Shown here piece after piece: positions 32,497 to 43,582 of a DNA stretch of 64,000 nucleotides (its first letter is position 1; each line of letters begins with the position of its first letter). The notes beneath the pieces are model-generated. The model was not told where the DNA came from. It worked only from the letters and a program-made list of their open reading frames with translations, and did no database searches. Position numbers and translations under genes: made by a program. The DNA is taken from the sequence record MK250028.1. One strand, 5' to 3'.

Positions 32497-32565
32497 ATAC
32501 AATAAAATTATTTATATAATATAAAATTAACTTCTTAAAAAGTTTACATTTTATAGAAATATTTT

Positions 32566-33234
32566 TCAAATTGGTTTTGGACAAAGTTTAACTAACTTAC
32601 TTCTCAACGAATTTAATATAGGTTTAAACTTAGTTTTATATTCATCCCAATTATTACCCATCATTTGAATCTTTATCCAATATGAATTTGCTTCACTATA
32701 ATCATATATCTTTCCATATTCTGCAATTTGAATACCAAACATATATAATCTTATACAATGAAAAATAGATTTTTTTGCTCTATATAAATCATAATCTTTT
32801 TCTATAATTAATTTCTTATGACATTTTGCATATGAGTTATTAACAATAGAAGAAATAACTTTCCTTAATTTCCATTTATCAAGAATGAAATAATTCGCGT
32901 ATAACGAGTTAAATTTTTCAAAACTATCATACATACTACTTTTCATAAATAAGCTCTCTAACGCGATTATATGATGTTCATATAGCATCTTTTTAAATGT
33001 ATTATTATTGATAATCTGAAAATCAAAATCAATAGCATTTCCATCAAATACATGAAGTTCCGTTATACCATTATAATCATCTGTTAATTTAATATCATCA
33101 TCTACAATAACAATAATATCCTTATCTGATTTTTCATTATTAGTTCCATATACATAAGATCCATGCATAAAAGATAATATATAATGTTCACGTATATTTA
33201 ATGGTAAACATTCCTTTATAAGTTTCCAATCCAT
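32566..33234 (-). CDS. Pol-beta superfamily nucleotidyltransferase
   Basis: MHGSYVYGTNNEKSDKDII motif. Confidence 0.75.
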   Translation of the reverse strand: MDWKLIKECLPLNIREHYILSFMHGSYVYGTNNEKSDKDIIVIVDDDIKLTDDYNGITELHVFDGNAIDFDFQIINNNTFKKMLYEHHIIALESLFMKSSMYDSFEKFNSLYANYFILDKWKLRKVISSIVNNSYAKCHKKLIIEKDYDLYRAKKSIFHCIRLYMFGIQIAEYGKIYDYSEANSYWIKIQMMGNNWDEYKTKFKPILNSLRSKLVKLCPKPI

Positions 33235-33237
33235 AAA

Positions 33238-33660
33238 TCATTCAACTAAATCATATTCTAACTTATGAAATATTATTCTCTTTTCCTTTAAAAGTTTATC
33301 CAATAATTCATTAAAATCAAATTTAACGGTAGTTAATGAATCATATACTAAATTTGGTACTTTATATAATTTGAATAATTGCTCAAAATTCGCAATTATA
33401 CCATTATAAAGTTTTTTCTCTGATGTATATGTATGTTTACCTTTATAATTAAGAATAAGTTTACCATCTAATGTAGCATACCACATATATTTCTTCTTAT
33501 TATTCTTATTAATTAAAGGCTTTGTTATTTGATCAAAAAATGAATCATCTATATCTATCTCATCATTTAACTCTATTTTATTATCATGGTTAAAATCAAT
33601 ACGTTTCTCAATATTAATCTTTACTTTCATTTTATTATCTTTGTATTTAAAAGAACACAT
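33238..33660 (-). CDS. Hypothetical protein
   Basis: ORF in operon; start uncertain. Confidence 0.6.
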   Translation of the reverse strand: MCSFKYKDNKMKVKINIEKRIDFNHDNKIELNDEIDIDDSFFDQITKPLINKNNKKKYMWYATLDGKLILNYKGKHTYTSEKKLYNGIIANFEQLFKLYKVPNLVYDSLTTVKFDFNELLDKLLKEKRIIFHKLEYDLVE

Positions 33661-34010
33661 GGTTTACCGATATAAAAAACACCAGGAATTTCCTTAAATT
33701 CTTTCATTAGTTTTTTAGTTTCACGTTTTAATTTATTCAAATATGTTTTATATGCTTTCTCCCTGTTATGGTCTATCCATGCATCATAATAATCTTGTCT
33801 AGAAAAATCTTCACGCTTTTTATCATACCATTCTATATCAGTAAACTTATTAATGTATATTTCTATCGCTTCTTCTATAGAATTAGCTGATATATGATAA
33901 GTTTCAGTTATTACTTTAACATCATCTTCATAATCGTCTTCTTCTATAGATATGTCTGTATAACAAAATATCTTTAATGTATTATTTTGATTTTTAAACT
34001 TTACGCTCAT
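33627..34010 (-). CDS. Hypothetical protein
   Basis: 127 aa ORF. Confidence 0.6.
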   Translation of the reverse strand: MSVKFKNQNNTLKIFCYTDISIEEDDYEDDVKVITETYHISANSIEEAIEIYINKFTDIEWYDKKREDFSRQDYYDAWIDHNREKAYKTYLNKLKRETKKLMKEFKEIPGVFYIGKPCVLLNTKIIK

Positions 34011-34121
34011 TTATAATATTAATTAGTTATACTCTTTATATGTAATATAAAATAAAAAAGTCTTAACATATTATAATAATATAATACATTAAGACTAAAA
34101 ACTTAAAAATAACATGAAAAA

Positions 34122-34646
34122 TTATTTCTTATTATTACAATTAACAATAACCTTATTATATACATCTAATAATATATTATCATTATTAAATGCTATATCT
34201 ATATCAGATGTAAAAATCATTGATAATGGAATAAACATTATATCATCAACTTCATTAGGTTCAGAATGTTCACTTGTTAATTCATAATCATCTATTATTC
34301 CTGGAAGAATTGCATAATAAATTACGCTTACATTCTGTCGCTTTGTATCTGGAATTGAATTAATGGCATAAAAATTCATCAATACTCTTGGGATAGAAAT
34401 ACCTGTTTCTTCAAAGGTCTCTCTCATTCCACATTGACACAAATCCTCATCATGATCCAAATAACCAGCTGGAACATTCCACCTTCCTACATTTGATGGA
34501 CATCCTTTACCACGTTTATTAATTAATGCACACCAATTTCCATCTGAATCTTTACAGAATACACAAGTCGCAACAGTTATTGAACGAGAATACCAATATT
34601 TTTCACCGTTATATTCAAACTCAAAATTTCGTAATCTCTGTTTCAT
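34122..34646 (-). CDS. NUDIX hydrolase
   Basis: Nudix box GYLDHDEDLCQCGMRETFEETGI. Confidence 0.9.
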   Translation of the reverse strand: MKQRLRNFEFEYNGEKYWYSRSITVATCVFCKDSDGNWCALINKRGKGCPSNVGRWNVPAGYLDHDEDLCQCGMRETFEETGISIPRVLMNFYAINSIPDTKRQNVSVIYYAILPGIIDDYELTSEHSEPNEVDDIMFIPLSMIFTSDIDIAFNNDNILLDVYNKVIVNCNNKK

Positions 34647-34665
34647 TTATTAATATAATTTTATT

Positions 34666-35199
34666 TTAAAATGTTCCTGTAGAACCAGCCATTCCATCTG
34701 CCCTATCAGATTTCTCTATCTTATTATAATCATCTTCACTCATTTCTTTCCAATCTGTATCAAGATAAATCTGATGGATAAACTGAACAAGTTTCTGACC
34801 TGTCTGAACTGTAATATCTGTATTTCCATTATTACAAAGATTAATATGAACTTCTCCCTGGTAATCTGCATCAATAGTATTTGCCATCACATCAAGATGA
34901 TACTTAGAAGCAACTCCTGATTTATTTGTTGCTTGAAGATATGTTCTTTTATCATTAATCCAAACTTTAATACCAGATGGAATCATTACTTGTTCACCAG
35001 GTGGAATAGTAATAAACAAATCATCATCCTTAATATTATAGAAAATTTTGTTACCTTCATTTTTCTTAATCAAATCAACAAGAAATTCCTAATTATAAAA
35101 AGGTACGAAAAAATCAGTTCCTGCATCATGACTATTAGCTCTATTTGGCAACTTAACATTTCTAACTCTTGTAAACTATACTGTAGTATTATAACTCAT
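34666..35199 (-). CDS. dut: dUTPase (trimeric)
   Basis: Motif 1 HDAGTDF recovered only with 2 TAG=Gln; NKSG, TIDADYQGE and RADGMAGSTG motifs. Confidence 0.9.
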
Positions 35200-35311
35200 T
35201 CTTTATATTAAAAATAATTTTTATATTATATAAATATATGTTAATAAAGTTTAACAAAATAATTATTAATAATACTTAAAAAATATTTTCAAAAATAGTA
35301 GACTTTTTTCA

Positions 35312-35796
35312 NNNNNNNNNNNNNNNNNNNNNNNNNNNNNNNNNNNNNNNNNNNNNNNNNNNNNNNNNNNNNNNNNNNNNNNNNNNNNNNNNNNNNNNNN
35401 NNNNNNNNNNNNNNNNNNNNNNNNNNNNNNNNNNNNNNNNNNNNNNNNNNNNNNNNNNNNNNNNNNNNNNNNNNNNNNNNNNNNNNNNNNNNNNNNNNNN
35501 NNNNNNNNNNNNNNNNNNNNNNNNNNNNNNNNNNNNNNNNNNNNNNNNNNNNNNNNNNNNNNNNNNNNNNNNNNNNNNNNNNNNNNNNNNNNNNNNNNNN
35601 NNNNNNNNNNNNNNNNNNNNNNNNNNNNNNNNNNNNNNNNNNNNNNNNNNNNNNNNNNNNNNNNNNNNNNNNNNNNNNNNNNNNNNNNNNNNNNNNNNNN
35701 NNNNNNNNNNNNNNNNNNNNNNNNNNNNNNNNNNNNNNNNNNNNNNNNNNNNNNNNNNNNNNNNNNNNNNNNNNNNNNNNNNNNNNNNNNNNNNNN
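35312..35796. other. Assembly gap (485 N)
   Basis: Run of N at the switch from minus- to plus-strand genes. Confidence 1.
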
Positions 35797-35852
35797 AATT
35801 TTATATACATTTATTATATAGATAAATATTCAAATATTCTTTTTTTAATTTA

Positions 35853-36764
35853 ATGAAATTTAATTTTGATAAATCTATTAATGAAAAATTATCTTTTTTA
35901 TATGAATCATTATTTGATGATGAAACTGATGATATTCTTAATAATGATGAAGAATCTCCGTTGAGTAATGTTTATAATGATGAAAAATAGTTTAATGATT
36001 TTTTAAATGATTGTAATAAATTAGATTTATTTTATAGATAGTGGAATTCTGAAAAATATATAGAAAGATTATAGGAAGAAAAGAAAATTAATCATAGTAA
36101 TGTGATTTATCTTAAACAATTAAGTTTAGCTTTTAAAGATTAGAAATAGTTTGATAAATTTTGTAATATGTTCGATTGTTATCCAACATTAAAATTATAT
36201 ATAGGATATTTAGAATTAGATATGAATTTTGATAGAAATGGAATACCTAATATAAAATTTAATTTTAATAATTTTAATAATACATTTATTGATATTGATA
36301 CTATTTCTATATATGGCGGAATATTTGAAAATTTAGAAGGAATTAATGAAACAATATCATTGAAAAATATTCATTTTAATAATTCTTATGTTAAGTCAAT
36401 AAATGGATTATTAGGAAGCGTTAGAATATTGGATTTTTTATATAATAAACCTATTGAATCCGTTACTGATTGGAGTAATTTATAGAATATGACAAAACTT
36501 TATAGGTTAACCGTTGATTATACAGAGTGGAAATTTATTGGTATAGATCATCTTTTACATTTTAATAATATACCAGAAAACATATTAGATATAAAGGAAG
36601 TTAATTTTATAAATCATGACGCATTTGGTAAATTAAGATATTATAAGAATTATATAAAAAATATGTTTATAGAGGAAAATCCTAATGTTAAAGGTAAACT
36701 TAAATCTAATATTATTAGACAACTTCAAGGTAATTATGAACCTATATTACATGGGAGAAAATAA
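35853..36764 (+). CDS. Late hypothetical protein with LRR-like repeats and a YESLFDD N-terminal motif
   Basis: 303 aa under code 15, joining two track ORFs; ENLEGI, KSINGL, IESVTDW repeats; ATAAATA at 35822. Confidence 0.65.
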
Positions 36765-36887
36765 TATATTGAATATTTCTTCTGTATTGTGTTAAAATTA
36801 ATTAAGGTTAATAACTATAAGGTAAAGAGATTTGATTGCGATACGGAGAAGATATGGTATCAAATTTTGAGTTTTATTAAATTATGT

Positions 36888-36916
36888 TAAACTATTAAAA
36901 ATATATTTTATATAAT
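36888..36916 (+). promoter_or_regulatory. Class II promoter TAAACT-N17-TATAAT
   Basis: Exact motif and 17-nt spacer also at 51905, 63181, 63844 (plus); variants at 57564 (plus) and 31196, 32541, ~15840 (minus). Confidence 0.75.
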
Positions 36917-36937
36917 AAACAAATAAAAGTTTAATAT

Positions 36938-38047
36938 ATGAGAAAATATTTTGAAGTTCCTGATATTATAACTGATGATTTTATTATATAGAATTTTAAA
37001 TTAAAGAATACAGAAAATGATATTAATCCTAGTAGGACAAGTAAGATATTTTTAAATTAGTATCCAACTATTAAAGAATATATAGAAAATAGATATGTGG
37101 ATTCAGAATCCATATATGAAACTTTTTATAGAATATTTCATCATATTGAACATAGACCTAAATGTAAGGCATGTGGTAAAGTTTTAGAATTTCATCATAA
37201 CCATAAATTTAGAGAATATTGTTCATAGAAATGTGTATAGAATTTTGAAGATGTTATATAGAAGAAATCAAAAACAAGAAAAAGAAAAGTAACAGAATAT
37301 AAATATTTGGGAAAAGATTTTTATCAAGAAGTTAGGAAGAAAATAGAAGATACCTGTTTAAAAAGATATGGTACAAAATATCCTACGTAGTGTGATGAAA
37401 TAAAAGAAAAAGTTAAGCAAACTAATATAAAAAGATTAGGTGTTCCATATACAGCTTAGAATAAAAAGTGTTTAGAAAAGATGAAGCAAACCTGTATAGA
37501 GAGATATGGAGTAGACCATAATTTTAAAATTCCAGGTATGAAGGAACATATTAAGGAAACTTGGATTGAAAAATACGGTTGCGAAAATCCTATGTAGAAT
37601 AAAGATATATTATAGAAAAATTTTGATTCAAAGAAAAAACATAATTCATACAGATAGTCAAAATCAGAAGAATCATTACATGAATATCTTTGTAATAAAT
37701 ATGGAGCAAATGATATATTAAGATAGTATAAATCTGATTTATATCCATATCATTGTGACTTTTATATTAAAAGTTTGGATTTGTATATTGAATTGCAAGG
37801 TTATTGGTCACATGGTTATCATCCATTTAATCCTAATGATAAAAATGATATTGAACGTTTAAATGAATTAATGTTAAGAAAAGATAAAACAGGTTATTCA
37901 CATGCTATTGATGTATGGACTGTTAGAGATGTCAATAAGAGAAATACGGCAAAAGAAAATAATTTAAATTATTTGGAACTATTTGCAGTTAAAAAAGAAG
38001 ATTTAATTAATAAATTTGAAGAATACATAAAAAATAAAAAAATTTAA
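36938..38047 (+). CDS. Putative free-standing homing endonuclease (Zn finger + K.T...YG repeats + PD-(D/E)XK-like domain)
   Basis: 369 aa under code 15 (about 11 TAG); CKAC..YCS..C; TCLKRYG/TCIERYG/TWIEKYG repeats; YPYHCDFYI..LYIELQGYWSHG. Confidence 0.7.
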
Positions 38048-38050
38048 TAT

Positions 38051-38610
38051 ATGAATGAAAGCTATAAAAATCAACATAAACCATCAAGAAATTCAAGGTT
38101 TAAACAAGGTTATTTTCATCCAAAACATCCAGAAAAATGGGTGACTAAAACCAACGAATATAGAAGTTCGTGGGAATTTTTTTTTTTTTTATGGATTGGT
38201 GTGACAGAAATCCTTAGGTTTTGAGAGTTGGTTCAGAACCATGTGCTATATAGTATAGAGATCCTGTTGCTAATTTGGAATATTGTCATCAACATCATTT
38301 GGATCCAAATAATCCTTAGAACTGGAAGATTAGAAAATATTATGTTGATATGTGGGTTGAGTTTAAAAAGAAAGATGGTGAAGTTATAAAAGTGTTTATT
38401 GAGATTAAACCTTATGCACAAACAATTAAACCTGAACCATTGAAACCTGGAGCGAAGTTAAAAGAAGTTAATCGTTATAATAGAGAAATGAAAACATTTT
38501 TGACTAACCAAGCAAAATGGAGAGCAGCAAAATATGAGTTTAAAAAACGCGGAGTTTAGTTTCAGGTGTGGACAGAACGCGAATTAAGTGATAAATTAAA
38601 ATTGTTTTAA
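38051..38610 (+). CDS. T4 gp4-like head completion nuclease, frameshifted in a 14-T run
   Basis: FKQGYFHPKHPEKW..YRSSWE, MDWCD.NP, GSEP..I.Y, YYVD, IEIKP..QT, NQAKW.AA; 4 TAG; poly-T at 38177-38190 breaks the frame. Confidence 0.8.
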
Positions 38611-38617
38611 TTTAATT

Positions 38618-39544
38618 ATGAATAAGAATATTAGACGATTAATAGAATCTCTATTTGATGATGATATATTAGATGATATTAGTAAACCAGATAATTCTGA
38701 TATGATTTTTGATAAAATAAGTTCAACTGATATTGTAAAGCCTTTATTGGATAAGATAGTAGATAGATCCGAGAATAATGATTTAGCAATATTTTTCAAC
38801 GCATATAAAACATTACCATAGTTATCCGAAATATCAAAAAGTTATAAGAATGGAATAAACATAGGTTATGTTAGAATTTCATTATATAAAGGAAATGTAA
38901 AATATTTTAAAGAATTATTTGATATATTATTGGATTATGATATTCATTTTAGTATGAACGTATTAGAATTTTCATTAGAAAATAAAACTGATAAGGTATA
39001 TTCAATTAAAGATTTATTTGATTTTGAAAAATATAAAAGTATTTTAAAAATAAAAGATTTTGTAGTTAGTTATGGGAGATTAAAAGATTTTAAAGGATTT
39101 CCGTCTTATATAGAAAACGAAATTTATTTAAATTGGATTAAAGAAGTAAATTCATTAGAAGGATTTCCAATAACAAAAAATAACTTATCTTTATATTTTA
39201 ATAATAGTGTATTACCGGATGATTGGACCGGATGTCCACATAAATTACAAGAATTAAATTTTCAACCGGAATTACCATCTATGTTATTTAATGTAGAGGA
39301 TGAAGTTAATTCTATTGTTAATAGTATGGGTAATTTAAAAAATATACCATATGATTTAACATTTGAAAGAGATAATATGAGTAGAGGATGTAATCTATAT
39401 ATAGGATGCATGCTTGTAGATCCTTCATGGAAGACAGAGGTTAAAAAAGAAATAAGAAAATATATAGGAAATTGCTTAAAGACTCAATATAAAAATATAA
39501 CTAATTTAAAAAAGAAATTATGTTATAGTATTAAAATGACTTAA
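38618..39544 (+). CDS. Hypothetical protein with LRR-like repeats (paralog-like of 35853)
   Basis: Joins two track ORFs through 1 TAG; IESLFDDD N-terminus; LKDFKGFP/SLEGFP/WTGCP repeats. Confidence 0.65.
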
Positions 39545-39648
39545 TCTATATAAAAATCACAAAATTATATTAATTTATAGTTTTGTGATTTTTTATTTTA
39601 TAATAATATGTGTATCTTTGAATTATAAATTAAAAAATGTAATTTATT

Positions 39649-40209
39649 ATGGATAAGAATACATTAAAAAAACAGATGAACCAAATTCATGATATAAATT
39701 TATCAAAGCGAATTGGTGAAGTTTGTGAGTGTCCAGTATGTGGCAATTCTTTCGTTAAGAAACATATTAAACATGTTTATTGTGGAGGACGTGATAATCA
39801 GATATGTAAGAATGCTTATAATAATTTCATGCGTTATAATACTGTTTATGATTTTGGGAGATTTGTTAATTTGAAAAATAAAAATAATAATGTCACTACT
39901 AAATCAACAAAATCATTTAATAAGTATATGTCTTTTTCATTTGGCAATGATTCTTCATTATCAGATAAGTCGAATAAAGAGTTAAATGAAGTTAAAGATA
40001 CTTCTAAACATGTTAGTAAAACTTTAAGTGTAGATAAACAAGTATTAAAGAATATTGAGTCTTCATTAGAAACTCGTATTAGAGAAAAAATTGAAAAAGA
40101 GTTTGAATATGAATATAAGAATAAATTAGAGAAAGAATATAATAAAGCATGTGCTAACTATGAAGAAGCAAAAAAATGGGAAAATGCCGAATTTAATGGT
40201 TGTGTTTAA
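39649..40209 (+). CDS. Zn-finger-containing hypothetical protein
   Basis: CPVCG..YCGG..C; class I promoter at 39613. Confidence 0.65.
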   Translation: MDKNTLKKQMNQIHDINLSKRIGEVCECPVCGNSFVKKHIKHVYCGGRDNQICKNAYNNFMRYNTVYDFGRFVNLKNKNNNVTTKSTKSFNKYMSFSFGNDSSLSDKSNKELNEVKDTSKHVSKTLSVDKQVLKNIESSLETRIREKIEKEFEYEYKNKLEKEYNKACANYEEAKKWENAEFNGCV

Positions 40210-40219
40210 ATAATGATGT

Positions 40220-40522
40220 ATGTTGTTATTTTATAGATTTGATGATATTCCAAAAAATGAGAGGTCTTCAATTTTTTGGAGAGGCGAAGAAAAAATAGGT
40301 GAAGAAAAAGGAGTATCTGTTTATGAAGCTCATAAAAATATAAATGGAACATATTCACCAGTTTTACCTAATCCTATAAATGAAACAGGGTTTGATACTT
40401 TTATTCATTTAATTAGATATTATTCCGGTAACAAATATTTGGTAACAGGAGATTTATTAGATGACAGAGGAACAGATGGTGAACCATTAATTAAGAACGT
40501 TAAAATAATTAAGAAGTTATGA
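40220..40522 (+). CDS. Hypothetical protein
   Basis: 100 aa in operon. Confidence 0.65.
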   Translation: MLLFYRFDDIPKNERSSIFWRGEEKIGEEKGVSVYEAHKNINGTYSPVLPNPINETGFDTFIHLIRYYSGNKYLVTGDLLDDRGTDGEPLIKNVKIIKKL

Positions 40523-40746
40523 ATAAAGAAGAACGTTATAAGAAGATAAATGATTTGATTCCACAAATCGAGTTAATTAAAGATACTATTTATAATATCG
40601 TATGGGAACCTCAGGAAGGTGATTTTGATAATCATTTCGACAATCTTCCAAAAGCAGAGAAGGTTGCTATCATAGGAATATTGAATGATGCAAATAGACT
40701 TAGTAATTCAGTTGCATGTTATGCACATTGGTTTGAACAAAAGTAA
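40519..40746 (+). CDS. Hypothetical protein
   Basis: 75 aa, ATGA overlap. Confidence 0.6.
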   Translation: MNKEERYKKINDLIPQIELIKDTIYNIVWEPQEGDFDNHFDNLPKAEKVAIIGILNDANRLSNSVACYAHWFEQK

Positions 40747-40803
40747 ACATTTTCAATAATTTAGACTATAATTTATAGATTTGTTGTTAATTAGATAAAG
40801 TTT

Positions 40804-41544
40804 ATGAAAAATAATAAAGAAATTGTTAAGGAATTTTATCCATATGTAAGTGATGCTCTTAAGAAAATGGATAATGTTGATATAGAAACATTGCAGAATA
40901 TATATAATATTCTTAGTAATATGAATGATTATTCTGTTGATGAAGTTATTAATGCGCAAAAAATAGTTAAAGATATTATTAATAAAACTATTGATGAGTT
41001 TAAAGATAAATTTATTAAGAATGTTTCATTTGATGATATTATTTTATATGCACAGGTATCAAAATCTGTATTGAAAAATAATAATACAAAGAAGAATTTT
41101 TTTAATAATATTGGTGTAACTATTGATACAAAAAATATAGTAGGAACTAAATCATTTGAAGCTATTCAACATGATTTGTTTGGTGGTGAACCAACTGTAT
41201 ATAAGAAGAAAAAGAAGTTTTCAAAAATTAATGATAAAGTTACACTTTATTCAAATATTCCTTATTTAACTCTTAAGAAAAATGAGCATTTATATCGTAT
41301 AGCTACACTTATTCCTTATAATAAGCAAGTAGTAGATGATAATGGTAAGAAAATAAAGGGATTAATCTATGGAATGCTTCCAACTATGTATTTTGTAACA
41401 GATAATAAGAAACGAGATTTTAGAATTGCTCGTAATAATTATATTAATATTGTAAGGTCTCAGAATGAAAAGTTGGTTAAGCATTATGAAGAAACTTACA
41501 ATATTACGTTAGGTTATGATGTTTCAGCTAAAATGATTAAGTAA
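40804..41544 (+). CDS. Hypothetical protein
   Basis: 246 aa ORF. Confidence 0.7.
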   Translation: MKNNKEIVKEFYPYVSDALKKMDNVDIETLQNIYNILSNMNDYSVDEVINAQKIVKDIINKTIDEFKDKFIKNVSFDDIILYAQVSKSVLKNNNTKKNFFNNIGVTIDTKNIVGTKSFEAIQHDLFGGEPTVYKKKKKFSKINDKVTLYSNIPYLTLKKNEHLYRIATLIPYNKQVVDDNGKKIKGLIYGMLPTMYFVTDNKKRDFRIARNNYINIVRSQNEKLVKHYEETYNITLGYDVSAKMIK

Positions 41545-41546
41545 TT

Positions 41547-42101
41547 ATGGTAGCAACTTATATAGCATTTACATTTTTTGTATGTTTAGTATTATTATGT
41601 TTTACTATAATACTTTTTATATGTATATCAGTATATGATAATATTGTACAATATAATGATCCAGGTCCATTTAAGAAATGGTTTTCAAGAATTATAATTT
41701 TTATTATATGCTATTTTTTTATAAATTGGACACATTATTTAATGTTTAAACCTATACGATTTATAAGTAGTGATGAACCTGTTTTAATAACAGGAAATAA
41801 TGCTACATATAGATATTATAATTATTTTCAAACAGATTCTGATGATGTAATTGTACATAAACCGATCTATATGAAAGGTATAATATATAAGGATAAAGTA
41901 TCTAATTGTAGTGATAATGATAATAATGTTAATCATCATGATATTTGTATAAAGTCAGAAGATGGCAAACATATTGAAGAAGATTATCATTATAATCCTC
42001 AAATAGAAGATTTACCTTTTGAAGAATATAAGAAACGTGTAGGATTTAAAAAGGTATTTTTTCCAGAGGAACGATATTATTTAATTTATTTTAGCAAATA
42101 A
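41547..42101 (+). CDS. Hypothetical membrane protein
   Basis: Two N-terminal TM segments. Confidence 0.65.
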   Translation: MVATYIAFTFFVCLVLLCFTIILFICISVYDNIVQYNDPGPFKKWFSRIIIFIICYFFINWTHYLMFKPIRFISSDEPVLITGNNATYRYYNYFQTDSDDVIVHKPIYMKGIIYKDKVSNCSDNDNNVNHHDICIKSEDGKHIEEDYHYNPQIEDLPFEEYKKRVGFKKVFFPEERYYLIYFSK

Positions 42102-42107
42102 AAGTTT

Positions 42108-42482
42108 ATGATGAATATATTTTTGATATTACATTTTGTACCAGTAATTGTAGGATTATATATTTTTTATATAATACCTTATTTTACATTGAAAAAGAAT
42201 TCGTCATTATATGATTATTTTAATAATTTGGAATTTATATCAATTCCATCTTTAACTATATTAACAATAGTACCAATATTTAATTATATTATATTGTTTA
42301 AGTTAGTTGAAGAGTATAGTAATGATTCTGAAAAAGAAGAATGTTTAAATCAAACAGTATCTAATATATATGATTTCTTTAAAGAATTTTTTACAGCTTT
42401 ATGGATGTTATTTGTATGGTTGTTTGGTCTTAAGTATGTATTTAGATTTTTTAATAAAATATTAACACTTAAAATAAAGTAA
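42108..42482 (+). CDS. Hypothetical membrane protein
   Basis: Three hydrophobic segments. Confidence 0.6.
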   Translation: MMNIFLILHFVPVIVGLYIFYIIPYFTLKKNSSLYDYFNNLEFISIPSLTILTIVPIFNYIILFKLVEEYSNDSEKEECLNQTVSNIYDFFKEFFTALWMLFVWLFGLKYVFRFFNKILTLKIK

Positions 42483-42488
42483 TTAAAA

Positions 42489-42761
42489 ATGGAATTAACA
42501 AAGGAATATCTTTTAGATCATGGATATGAAACAAATCATCCTGATCGTGTTTTGTGTCGTTTTTATAAGACTAATAATGAATCTCCTGAGTGGCGAGTTA
42601 GTGTAGAACAGGAATATTTTCCATTGAGTAATAAACTTACATTCAATATTAATTGTTGGAAGTGTAATGAGAGTGGTGCTATTATTAAGCGTTCTTCCAT
42701 AGGATATGCTACAACAGTTGAAGAGTTGAATAATGTTATTGCTCTATGTGGAATCGAGTAA
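42489..42761 (+). CDS. Hypothetical protein
   Basis: 90 aa ORF. Confidence 0.6.
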   Translation: MELTKEYLLDHGYETNHPDRVLCRFYKTNNESPEWRVSVEQEYFPLSNKLTFNINCWKCNESGAIIKRSSIGYATTVEELNNVIALCGIE

Positions 42762-43582
42762 TATTTAATATAAAGAATTTATGGTTTTGGTATTTAATAA
42801 ATTATTATACCAGAACCTATTTCAATAATTTAAAGAATATGATGGTTAAACCGTATATTAAAGAAGATAGAAAATTAACAGCTAAGAATCATATAGAAGA
42901 AATGGAAAATTCTTTTCATCCTATGATTCAAACTTCTATTAGAGATTCTGTTGTATATACAGAGGATGATAATGTTTTAGATAAAAGAAATATTATTGTA
43001 GAAGATATAAAGACAGAAGATGCAGTTTTTAAGTATGGAGAAGATAAACATTTATGTGTATTGAATTTTTCAAGCTATAAATATCCTGGTGGAGGTTTCA
43101 TTAAAGGTGCGATAGCTCAAGAAGAAGCATTATGTCATGCAAGTGATTTATATAATGTAATCTCCGATAAAAAATTTAATACATATTATGAACATAATCG
43201 ACAAAATACTAATGGCGGATTATATAAGAATTTTGCTATCTATTCTCCAAATATTATTTTTAATAGAGTTGCTGATAATTTTATTTCTGTAGATGTAATT
43301 ACATGTCCAGCACCAAATCTTTCACATTATGAAGGACATATTTATTATGCGATGAAAGCTATGAATGATAGAATAAAATTTATTCTTGATATTGCAGAGA
43401 AACATAAACAAAAGAATTTGGTTCTTGGTGCATTTGGATGCGGAGTATTTAAGAATGATCCTCAATTTGTTGCTGAAGTATTTAAGGAATTATTGGGATC
43501 TTCTAAATATCATTTTGAAGCCATTATATTCGCAATACCGGGAGGAATTAATTATAAGAAATTTAAAGAAGTTTTTTCTTAA
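42746..43582 (+). CDS. TIGR02452/DUF2263 macrodomain protein (microbial PARG-like)
   Basis: VLNFSSYKYPGGGFIKGAIAQEEALCHAS, IYSP, ITCPAPN, LVLGAFGCGVFKN. Confidence 0.9.
   Translation: MWNRVIFNIKNLWFWYLINYYTRTYFNNLKNMMVKPYIKEDRKLTAKNHIEEMENSFHPMIQTSIRDSVVYTEDDNVLDKRNIIVEDIKTEDAVFKYGEDKHLCVLNFSSYKYPGGGFIKGAIAQEEALCHASDLYNVISDKKFNTYYEHNRQNTNGGLYKNFAIYSPNIIFNRVADNFISVDVITCPAPNLSHYEGHIYYAMKAMNDRIKFILDIAEKHKQKNLVLGAFGCGVFKNDPQFVAEVFKELLGSSKYHFEAIIFAIPGGINYKKFKEVFS

Larger units (their letters stand above)
31184..32555 (-). repeat. 27-nt direct repeat containing a class II promoter -35, flanking the tnpB cassette
   Basis: AACTTCTTAAAAAGTTTACATTTTATA identical at 31184-31210 and 32529-32555. Confidence 0.9.

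Noticed and set aside
31234-32555. Complete autonomous IS605/IS607 or IStron
   Set aside because: No tnpA or serine recombinase, no shared left end between the copies and no group I intron core seen
26903-35199. Modified-base (e.g. Z or hypermodified DNA) pathway from IMPDH/GMPR, NUDIX and dUTPase
   Set aside because: These are common nucleotide-pool enzymes; no PurZ, queuosine-type or hydroxymethylase gene in the window
35289-35810. 173-aa ORF across the N run
   Set aside because: Artefact of translating the assembly gap
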